Shown: in pieces, positions 27,971 to 36,800 of the stretch
How the letters are laid out: each line of letters starts with the position of its first letter
Numbering within the stretch: position 1 is the first letter of the stretch
DNA from: an uncultured Clostridia bacterium
GTDB taxonomy: Bacteria; Bacillota; Clostridia; Christensenellales; UBA1242
Reading direction: 5' to 3'
Assembly: GCA_937891595.1 (NCBI GenBank)
Contig: CALATF010000069.1
Location: 1 to 52,896, forward strand
Length of the DNA: 52,896 nucleotides
The notes under the pieces: generated by a model
Seen by the model: the letters and a program-made list of their open reading frames with translations, nothing else
Databases searched by the model: none
What the model was told of the DNA's origin: nothing
Program-made: the position numbers and the translations under genes

Positions 27971-30244
27971 ATGCAAAAGAAAACATTGAATACTTTAAAA
28001 TTTGTTTTTGCAAGTTTAATACTTATTTTGGCTTCTTGTTGTTTATGTTCTTTAAATATAAATAACACAACTAAAACTTTTGCTAATTCTATTCAAACAT
28101 TACAAGCAGTAATACATGATGATTTGGATAGTAATACAATTAATGGTTTTTCTGCAAGTTATAAGGAGATTACAACCGATAGTGCTATAAATAATAATGA
28201 ATTTATTGTTAATTATAAATCAGATAGTTATCAAATAGAGTTAACTGTAAGTGCAGAAAATATTTCTAACTTTGGTTATAACTGGTATTATTCAAAAGAT
28301 AATATAAACTTTAGTTTAGTAGAAAATGAACAAAACAATAGTATTTATTTAACAAATTGTGCACAATCTGGTTATTATTTTTGCCAAGTTTATAATTTAG
28401 ATAATAACCAAGATAGTGCAGTAGCCGATATTGTTCATATTCAAATTTTACCAAAAACTATAAAGCTTAAAAATATAATAGCTCAGCCAAAAGAATATGA
28501 TGCAACAACAAACATTCTTTTAAGTGCTTCCTTAGAAGATGTTGAACAGCAAGACGATGTAAATGTTGAAGTAAATGGGCACACGCTAGATGCTAATGCT
28601 GGTGAACAAAAGCTTGTTTATATTGATAGTATTTTATTAACAGGTGAAGACAAAGATAATTATGTTGTACAAGATTATAACCAACCTGTATTTGCTAAAG
28701 TTTCAAAAGTTTCAGCATTATTAGTTTGGTCAACTGAAAGTGGAAAAAGTACATATAAGTATAATGGATTAGACCAAGCATCAACAATTTCTGCATATTA
28801 TGAAAATATTAATAAAATTAAAGTTTATTTACCTTTTAGTTTAAAAGGAAATTCAATAGGTTTTTCAAAAAATTATATTAACGAATTTATTAACGCTGGC
28901 GCATATACAGCAACAGCAATTTTAACGCAAGAAGAAATTAATTATAACATTGTAGACGATAGCGGAGACTTAAATTTTTCGTTAAATATGAATAAAATAG
29001 ACCCTGTTATTACAATAGATAATACGCAATTTACTTACAACAAAACTTTACAAGATGCAAAACGTTGTGCAACTATAAATAATAATGAACAAACTTTAAA
29101 ATTTACAAACAATACTTTTGTTACAGTTAAACAAGGTAATGCACTGGTTGTAGGGGTTGAAGCTGAAGAATCTTTAAATTATTTTGCTATAAAAAAAGAA
29201 TTTAGAATTAGTGTTTCAAAAGCTCAGTCTCAAATTGACGATACTTCTGTTGTAAAAGATTATGTTTATAATGGTTCGCTTCAAGTTATTAATTCTGGAG
29301 CTGTTTTAAATAACAATGAACAAACATTGCAATATTTAAATAATTCATTTACTACAGTAAAGCAAGGCAATAACATGCCAGTTACTTTATATGCTGCAGA
29401 AAGTGATAATTATACATACTCTATAAAAACCTTTACAATAAGCGTTTCAAAAGCACGTATTAGTACAAAGGGTTGGATGTGGAATTACACACAAGAATAT
29501 GTTTATAACAATAAATTGCAATCTGTATCAGTAATAAATTATAATAAAGACTTAGTTTATCCTTATTATGTAGATGCTTCGTTTATTAACGCAGGAACAT
29601 ATACAGCTAAAGTTAACTTTTATTTAGATGATCCAGACAATTACTATCCTGTTGAGTTTGATGATATTGTATGGACAATTAAGAAAGCAACTGTTCAAAA
29701 ACCTAATATAATTAGTTATCAAACAACTTATAATGGGGCAGAGCAAACATTCCCAGTAAAATCAAATGATTATTATGAAGTAACAAACGGAACCCATAAA
29801 AATGCAGGAACTTATAATGTTTGTATTTCGTTAAAAAACAATTTAAATGTTCAATGGGAAGGCAGTGATAGTGAAAATATTATTATTAACTGGACAATAA
29901 ATAAAGTTTCAATTTCAAAACCTAGTGATAATGTAAAATTAGAATATACTGGTAAAGAACAATCTTTAAACATTGAAAAATCAGATAAATATGAAATTAT
30001 TAATCAAACTGCTACGCAAGTTGGTAAATATACAACTTATCTAGTACTTAAAGATACCGATAATTATGAATGGGAAGGAACAAAAAAACCATATATTAAA
30101 ATAAACTGGGAAATTTATAATAATGACACAAGTAGTAATGTTTCATTTGTAATAATTATAGTAATTTCTATATTTGTTGCTTTATTAGCAATATATGCAA
30201 CTTTACATTTTACAATGGTATCAAAAAATAAAAAGAAAAAATAA
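27971..30244 (+). CDS. MBG-like repeat surface protein with lipobox-like signal peptide and C-terminal TM anchor (757 aa)
   Basis: The signal MQKKTLNTLKFVFASLILILASCC contains L-A-S-C (Cys23, nt 28037-39). Repeated Y-N-G-x-x-Q ... N-A-G-[TA]-Y ... NY ... W-x-I-x-K modules. C-terminal helix FVIIIVISIFVALLAIYATLHFTMV (30146-30220), then SKNKKKK. Confidence 0.85.
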   Translation: MQKKTLNTLKFVFASLILILASCCLCSLNINNTTKTFANSIQTLQAVIHDDLDSNTINGFSASYKEITTDSAINNNEFIVNYKSDSYQIELTVSAENISNFGYNWYYSKDNINFSLVENEQNNSIYLTNCAQSGYYFCQVYNLDNNQDSAVADIVHIQILPKTIKLKNIIAQPKEYDATTNILLSASLEDVEQQDDVNVEVNGHTLDANAGEQKLVYIDSILLTGEDKDNYVVQDYNQPVFAKVSKVSALLVWSTESGKSTYKYNGLDQASTISAYYENINKIKVYLPFSLKGNSIGFSKNYINEFINAGAYTATAILTQEEINYNIVDDSGDLNFSLNMNKIDPVITIDNTQFTYNKTLQDAKRCATINNNEQTLKFTNNTFVTVKQGNALVVGVEAEESLNYFAIKKEFRISVSKAQSQIDDTSVVKDYVYNGSLQVINSGAVLNNNEQTLQYLNNSFTTVKQGNNMPVTLYAAESDNYTYSIKTFTISVSKARISTKGWMWNYTQEYVYNNKLQSVSVINYNKDLVYPYYVDASFINAGTYTAKVNFYLDDPDNYYPVEFDDIVWTIKKATVQKPNIISYQTTYNGAEQTFPVKSNDYYEVTNGTHKNAGTYNVCISLKNNLNVQWEGSDSENIIINWTINKVSISKPSDNVKLEYTGKEQSLNIEKSDKYEIINQTATQVGKYTTYLVLKDTDNYEWEGTKKPYIKINWEIYNNDTSSNVSFVIIIVISIFVALLAIYATLHFTMVSKNKKKK

Positions 30245-30247
30245 AAC

Positions 30248-30287
30248 AAGAAAAGATATTAAGTTAGAATACTTAATATCTTTTCTT
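30248..30287. terminator. 17-bp perfect inverted repeat / bidirectional terminator overlapping the 3' end of the tsaC-type gene
   Basis: aagaaaagatattaagt (30248-30264) pairs perfectly with acttaatatcttttctt (30271-30287), with the 6-nt loop tagaat. The minus-strand gene's stop codon is at 30259-30261, inside the left arm. Confidence 0.7.
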
Positions 30288-30867
30288 TTGAAATTTGACC
30301 TTCACGTAAAATATTTATTTTATTATTTTCAACACTTACAATGGTAGAGGATGCATTTTGTGAGAAGTTTGTAAAATCTTTTAGTATATTAATATTTGTA
30401 TTGTTAAAATTACTGTAAATTTCATTAAAGTCGTTTAAAGGTGGCTTATTTTGCAAATTTACAGAGGTAGATGGTAAAGGAAAATCTAAGCCACTTAAAA
30501 TTTGTTGTGTTAAGGGGTCGTCTGGCATTCTTAAAGCAATAGTTGTTTGATTATTATAATGGCTTAAAATAGGTAAATTTTCTTTAGCTTTAAAAATTAT
30601 TGTTAAAGGACCTGGCCAAAAATTATCTATTAGTTTTTGCTCTAGACTAGAAATGCTTTCAACTAATTTGTTTAAATTTTGATTTTTAGAAATTAAAAAT
30701 ATAAAAGGTTTGTCTAATTCTCTTTGTTTTAATTTATATAAATTTTGTATACATTCTTTTTTGTTTGGATTAGCCGAAAGCCCCCAAATGGTGTCTGTTT
30801 TAAAGCATATAATCTTGCCATTTTTAACATTTTCGGTTAATTGTTGTATGTTTTTGTTAATTATCAT
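30259..30867 (-). CDS. tsaC: L-threonylcarbamoyladenylate synthase (YrdC/TsaC/YwlC family)
   Basis: NGKIICFKTDTIWGLSANP...KQRELDKPFIFLI is the YrdC-domain signature. Overlaps the upstream PEBP gene by 11 nt. Confidence 0.8.
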   Translation of the reverse strand: MIINKNIQQLTENVKNGKIICFKTDTIWGLSANPNKKECIQNLYKLKQRELDKPFIFLISKNQNLNKLVESISSLEQKLIDNFWPGPLTIIFKAKENLPILSHYNNQTTIALRMPDDPLTQQILSGLDFPLPSTSVNLQNKPPLNDFNEIYSNFNNTNINILKDFTNFSQNASSTIVSVENNKINILREGQISKEKILSILT

Positions 30868-31321
30868 AAATAGCTCGCAATTCCGCTGTTTCTAATATTT
30901 TATCTTTTATTTCATTTTCAAGTTGTTCTAAAGTAAAGTCGCCTCGTAAATTAATCATTGAACTTAATGCGAATACTCTTAACCTATAACTATGAGGTTT
31001 ATCTGGTGGGCAAGGACCGCCATAACAGTTGTCATTCCAACTATTTTTGCCTTGTATGATAGAAAAGTTATTTTGGCTAGCATCTTCTTCAAGAAAAGTA
31101 GTTTTTAAGTTGGTTACAAGCCAGTGAACCCAAATATACCCGCAAACTGGTACAGAGTCCGGATCGTCAAAAATAATAGCAAAACATTTGGTGTCTTTAG
31201 GAGCTTCTTCAATCTTAATAGGTAAAGATAAAGTTGGCATGCCAAACTTTATATTAGTTCCTCGTTTACCATATTTATCAAGAATTTTTCCATTAACTAT
31301 GCCTAGGCTTGAAATTTTCAT
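30857..31321 (-). CDS. YbhB/YbcL-family phosphatidylethanolamine-binding (Raf kinase inhibitor-like) protein
   Basis: FAIIFDDPDSVP...WVHWLVTNL...YGGPCPPDKPHSYRLRVFAL matches the bacterial PEBP signature (DPD, HW, GPxPP...H.Y). Confidence 0.85.
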   Translation of the reverse strand: MKISSLGIVNGKILDKYGKRGTNIKFGMPTLSLPIKIEEAPKDTKCFAIIFDDPDSVPVCGYIWVHWLVTNLKTTFLEEDASQNNFSIIQGKNSWNDNCYGGPCPPDKPHSYRLRVFALSSMINLRGDFTLEQLENEIKDKILETAELRAIYDN

Positions 31322-31391
31322 AATAGCTCCTTTTTAAAGATTTATATTTCTATATTAACATTAACTTATAAAAAAGTTAATAAAAAAGATT

Positions 31392-31428
31392 AAAAAAGAG
31401 TTGAAAAATTTTTTCCAACTCTTTTTTT
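31392..31428 (-). terminator. Rho-independent terminator after metG
   Basis: gagttg (31398-31403) pairs with caactc (31416-31421). Flanking A/T runs extend the stem. Confidence 0.65.
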
Positions 31429-31429
31429 C

Positions 31430-33148
31430 TTACTTTTTAAAGTGTTCATTTATATCATATGGTTTTGACATAATTTCTTTAATTTTTGCAAGTTTATCAG
31501 CGTCTATTCTTTCAAAAATAGGTTGTACGCCTTTAATTTGGTGACCATTTTTAATAAGTAATTCGCTTGCGTTTTTCCACATATCTTTTGCTGTTGGGTC
31601 CCCGTCTAAACCAACTTGGTTAGACCACAATTCTTTAACTTTAGTAGGAATAATAGGACTTGCAACAATACATAGACTTGCGCAAAGGTTAAGACATAGA
31701 TATAAAACTTTTTTAGCTTCTTCAGGTTTTTCTTGTTTTACAAGTGACCATGGGGCAGATTTTTCTAAATATCCATTACCTATGCTTGCATAGTTCATTA
31801 TAAGTTTATAAGCATCTCTTAATTCTGCTTTTTCAAAACTTTCAGCTATTTTATTTGGCATTTCTTTTATTGCAGTTAAAAGCTCTTTATCTAATTCATT
31901 TAACTCGTTTTCTTTTAATTCAAAATCAAGCTTGCCGTCAAAGTAATTTTTAATCATATTTAAAGATCTGTTAAACAAATTGCCGTACTTACCAACAAGT
32001 TCAGAGTTGCAATTATTTTTGAAGTCTTCCCACTTATAATCGGTATCTCTATTTTCAGGAATAATAGTTGTTAGGTATGCTCTTAAAGCATCTACATCAA
32101 TTTCAGCGTTATCTTCTAGTAATGCATTACAGAAAACACCTATGCGCTTGCTTTTGCTAAATTTTTGACCTTCGTAGTTTAAAAAGTTTAAACCAACAAC
32201 GTTGTGTGCTAAATTATAATTTCCGTTTTCAAGCAACATTGTAGGGAAGAAAACTGTGTGGAATTGAATATTATCTTTACCAACGAAGTTATAAATTTTT
32301 GCATTTTTGTCTTGCCATAAGTCTTTATATAGATTATCGCTAAGTTCTTTTGTTATTGAAATATAACCTATAGGAGCATCAAACCAAACATAGAAAACTT
32401 TGTTTTCATATCCTTCAAGAGGGATAGGGAAGCCCCATGTAATATCTCGAGAAATACACCTATCTTTTAATCCTTCGTTAACCCATTTTTTTGCTTCTGC
32501 GTAAACGTGTGGACGCCAAACATCTTTTTTTGTTTCAATCCATTTATCAAGTTCGCCAGTGCCTTTAGATAAATTTAAGAAAATGTGTTTTGATTTTTTA
32601 AGAACAGCAGGTTCGCCACAAAGCTTGCATTTTGCATTTTTAAGTTCGTTTAGTGAAAATAGGCTATCGCATTTTTCACATTGGTCGCCGTTAGCATTTT
32701 CATAACCACAACGTGGGCAAGTTCCTGTAACAAATCTATCTGGTAAGAACATATTATCTTTTTCGCAATAAAACATTTCTGTTTCGCCTTCAGAAATATA
32801 TCCTTTTTTATAAAGTTCCAAAAAGAAATCGGTTGTTATTTTTTCATGTGTTTTTGTATGAGTGTTTGAATATATGTCATAACTAATATTTAATTTTTTA
32901 TAAATTTGGTTGTGAACCTCATGAAGTTTTGAAGTTAGTTCTTCTACTGGTAATCCTAATTCTTGTGCAGTTACAAGAGATGGGGTGCCGTGCATGTCTG
33001 ACCCGCCAACAAAAGTTGTGTCGTAGCCATAGCTTCTGCAAAATCTTGCAAAAATATCTGCAGGCAAGTGGCAACCTACAATGTGACCTACGTGTGGTAT
33101 ATTATTAACATAAGTTAAAGCTGCAGTTATTAATCTTTTTTCTTTCAT
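31430..33148 (-). CDS. metG: Methionine--tRNA ligase
   Basis: The class I HIGH motif appears as PHVGH and the KMSKS motif as KFSKS. Zn knuckles CPRCGYENANGDQCEKC...CKLCG. The start overlaps the dtd stop (TAATG). Confidence 0.92.
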   Translation of the reverse strand: MKEKRLITAALTYVNNIPHVGHIVGCHLPADIFARFCRSYGYDTTFVGGSDMHGTPSLVTAQELGLPVEELTSKLHEVHNQIYKKLNISYDIYSNTHTKTHEKITTDFFLELYKKGYISEGETEMFYCEKDNMFLPDRFVTGTCPRCGYENANGDQCEKCDSLFSLNELKNAKCKLCGEPAVLKKSKHIFLNLSKGTGELDKWIETKKDVWRPHVYAEAKKWVNEGLKDRCISRDITWGFPIPLEGYENKVFYVWFDAPIGYISITKELSDNLYKDLWQDKNAKIYNFVGKDNIQFHTVFFPTMLLENGNYNLAHNVVGLNFLNYEGQKFSKSKRIGVFCNALLEDNAEIDVDALRAYLTTIIPENRDTDYKWEDFKNNCNSELVGKYGNLFNRSLNMIKNYFDGKLDFELKENELNELDKELLTAIKEMPNKIAESFEKAELRDAYKLIMNYASIGNGYLEKSAPWSLVKQEKPEEAKKVLYLCLNLCASLCIVASPIIPTKVKELWSNQVGLDGDPTAKDMWKNASELLIKNGHQIKGVQPIFERIDADKLAKIKEIMSKPYDINEHFKK

Positions 33149-33600
33149 TATTTATTCTCCGTATCAATTATTATTGTAACAGGACCGTCGTTGGTGACAA
33201 AAACTTTCATATCTGCACCAAAGATTCCTGTTTGTATGTTTTTAAAGCAATTTGTTTTTTTACATTCTTCAATGAATTTGTTTACATATTCTTCTGCCCT
33301 TTGGGGCATCATACTATTTAAAAAGTCTGGCCTAAAACCATGACTTGTGTTTGCGTACAATGTAAAGTTGCTAATAACAAGCATTTCGCCATTTATTTGG
33401 CTTATGTTTAAATTCATTTTTGCATTTTCGTCTTCAAAAATTCTTAGCCCAGAAATTTTTTTAACAAGATAATTTAAGTCCTCGTCATTATCATTTTTAC
33501 CTACGCCTAAAAAAACAACAAAACCTTTGTTTATTTGGCCAACTGTCTCGTTATTTACCTTAACGCAAGCATCTAAACATCTTTGAATAACAGCTTTCAT
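33148..33600 (-). CDS. dtd: D-aminoacyl-tRNA deacylase
   Basis: MKAVIQRC...VFLGVGKNDN...LRIFEDENAKMNL...ISNFTLYA...NDGPVTIIID is the canonical Dtd pattern. Confidence 0.9.
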   Translation of the reverse strand: MKAVIQRCLDACVKVNNETVGQINKGFVVFLGVGKNDNDEDLNYLVKKISGLRIFEDENAKMNLNISQINGEMLVISNFTLYANTSHGFRPDFLNSMMPQRAEEYVNKFIEECKKTNCFKNIQTGIFGADMKVFVTNDGPVTIIIDTENK

Positions 33601-33779
33601 TTTACTCCTTTAATTTACTTTAAAAGTATAACCAAATTTAATTATAAAAGCAATAAAAAAAGTATTTTCTTTTGTTAAACAATAATTTAATAAAACTTTT
33701 GATAAATAAATATTATTTCAACTAATACATCTTTAAGATATTATATAAAATTTATAGTATTTCAAAGGCATTTTTTGTT

Positions 33780-33807
33780 TTGAAAGAAAGATAATATATT
33801 ATATAAT
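33780..33807 (+). promoter_or_regulatory. Putative promoter TTGAAA-16-TATAAT for the 2214-aa lipoprotein gene
   Basis: ttgaaa at 33780-33785 and tataat at 33802-33807, with an AT-rich UP-like region upstream. ATG at 33873. Confidence 0.45.
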
Positions 33808-33872
33808 AAATTAATTATATAGTGGTTAAGTACGCTTATTTTACAAAAGTATAAAAGGACAAGAGAAGTATT

Positions 33873-36800
33873 ATGAAAAAATTATTTAAGTTTTTCTTAA
33901 TTATTCCTATTTTATTAATAACATCAGTTTTTTCGTTTGGTTGTAGTTGTAATGACGACAGCCTTACTAGCATTCAACTTTCTTTATCTGGCTACGAACT
34001 TGTTAGTGGTTATTATTCTATAGAAAAAACAGATAAAAGTATAACTATAAATACTAAATTAAATTCGGATAAATATTCCGTAGATGATTTAGAATGGACA
34101 AGCAGTGCAACAGATATTGTTACAGTTTATAAAAATTCTTTTAAAACTAAAAGTGCTGGTAAAGCAATAATAACAGCAACTTATACTGATAAATCAGGTA
34201 ACAAAATAAAGGGAAGCATTAGAGTTTGGGTTACCGAGGATAGTGCTTTAATGAGTTTTGAAAATAAAAATAACACAGCTACATATTCTGGACAAGAGTT
34301 ACAAAATAATTATAAAATTTTACAAGACGAAGGAAATGACCAGTTTGGTTATTATTACATTTCTCTTACAACAGGAGAGGCAGTTGATAAAATTATAAAT
34401 GCCGGCGAATATCAACTTTATTGCTATAGAAAGGCTAATCCTGATATATATTGTATGGCTTCGTTAGTTGTTAACAAATACACAGTTACTTTAAATAATT
34501 TAGGAAACTTTGAAATAGTTTATGGAGACGAACTTCCAAGTGGGTTGGTTTATAAATCAAATCTAAATGATGAAGTTATGGATGCCGCTTATACCATTCA
34601 AGGTATTAATGGTGAAGGTGTTATTGCTAAATATATTTATACTGTTGAAAATACAAGTGTTAACTATGGTAGGTATGAAACTTCTTTGTATTATGAATTT
34701 GTCCAAGCACAATCAAATCAAGTTGAGTTTGAAAAAAATTATAACATAGTAAATACAAATGGTCAGTTAAATATAAAAAGCAGAGAAGTTGTTTTAAAAA
34801 TAAATGATGACGTTATAACATATGGTGATAATGTTTCAACCACCTTCGATTTATATGATTATAAAACTTATGGGCAAGAAGATAAAACTTTAGATAGCAA
34901 ATTTAATTCAAATATAAATCTTAAAACTCCTAGCTATTATTACAAGGGCATACAACAACAATTTAACGATGTTGGGATTTTACCGGTGTTAATAAAAGAG
35001 GGGAATATAAATAGTTACGATAGTTATGAATTAAAATATGAAGGAGCTACTTCTAACAATAACTTAACTATTAAAACAAATTTATCAGGAAAATTAACTA
35101 TACAGCCAAGACAGGTTACAATTTTGCCAAGTGCAAATCAATCTAAAAATTATTTAGATAAGGACGAGTCTATAACATTTACAAGTGTTGTGAACAGTTT
35201 TATTCCTGGTGAAGCAATTAACGAGTTTTTATTTGTAGATTATTTAGGACAATTTGGGACTTCAAATTTCAAAGCAGAAGTAGGTAGTTATTTTTACAAA
35301 GTTTTACAAACAAATGAAAAGGGCGAATTATTAAATCCTAATTATGTAATAGTTTTAGATGATAGAGCCACAGAAGGCAAAACTAATTTTGAAGATAAAT
35401 ACAAGTTCAGCGTAAAACAAATAAATTTAGAGTTTGAAATAGATTCAGTTGAAGAAAAATATAAATCGCCTAGTACTACAACTGAAGGAAGTTCGTCAGA
35501 ATTCACAATATCATATATGAATGGGTATGACTATAAAACAAAAATAAATAGAATTAAACTAAATAACAAAAATGTAGATTTAACAATTTTAGAAAGTTTA
35601 TTAAATAATAATAATTGGGATGGTTATATAGGTTTAAAATTTACAGTTGATGGAAAAGTTGAAGTTATTGAAATTAAAAAGACAGACAAAGGAGATATTA
35701 TACAACCAGAAGACATTAATAATACCTTCATTTTTGGCGTTTATTTAGATTTTAAATTAACCGCTATTAAAAATGAAAATTTCTTTGCTTCATATTCTAT
35801 ACAATTACCAAGTGGAGGCGTTTCATACAAAGAAGAAGATATTAAAAATGTTAATGTAGTTTTACTTGATGGCGCAAAATTAAATTTAAAAAAGTTATAT
35901 TTAACAGTAACTCCAAAAATGACACACGAATATGTAAATATAATATATGGCGAAAAAATTCCAGATAGATTTCCTGCTGATTTTGTTTTATCTGGAGAAT
36001 TAGAAACAGGAGATACTATTAGTGATATTTTAAATAATTCTTCAAGTGTTTTAAAGTTAAAAGAGTTGCAATTAACAACTGAAAATAGCCCAGTTGGTAA
36101 ATATGAAATTTGTTTAAATGATTTAGAATATGTAAAAGACAAAGAATATTATGAAATTAGTTTAGATAATTCTCAAAAATATTATTTTACAATAAACCCA
36201 TATAAATTAAAAGTAGTTCCAAGTGAAGCTCAAAAAATATATGGAGATAAAGATCCTAAATTAAATTATACCATTTTATCTTTTTATGATGAACAAATTA
36301 CGTTAAACGGTCTACCTGCAACTGGAAATTTAAGTAGACAATCGGGAGAAGATGTTGATAGTTATAAAATTACTATAGGTAATTTAAGTTTTGGCAATAA
36401 TTATGAAATTGTGTTTAGTGATGACGTTTTATTTAAAATTACACAAAGATTAGTATCAGTAACTCCTACTTCTTATATTTCTACATATGGAGACGAGATT
36501 AACAAAGGATATTCAATTTTTATTCAAGACGGTTATGACAGCCAAATTTTAAAACTTCCTACATTTACAGGTTCTTTTAAGTTGGGTACAAAAAAGGATG
36601 TTACAAATGGAGATTTTGTTGAAGTTGAATATGCCTCTACTCTTGGGGGATATTATCCAGTTTTACTTGCAGATAACGGGGATATCTTAAGTTATAGCAT
36701 AGGCATAGGTGATTTTAAATGTAGTAGCAACTATACACTAAATTTTGCAAACAAAGACGCTACTTATACTATAAATCCTAAAGAAATTATAATAAATTTG

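Noticed and set aside
29080-29460. Two similar ~150-nt segments in the 757-aa gene as a possible DGR template/variable-region pair
   Set aside because: The differences are not restricted to adenine positions. Both copies are in-frame parts of the same CDS, and no reverse transcriptase is present in the window. This is an ordinary tandem domain duplication.
33601-33872. Expected T-box or other riboswitch leader upstream of the dtd-metG operon (minus strand)
   Set aside because: The 272-bp region is almost pure A/T. It has no T-box-like conserved GC-containing core (reverse complement of AGGGTGGTACCGCG-type sequence) and no long antiterminator/terminator alternative that I could find.
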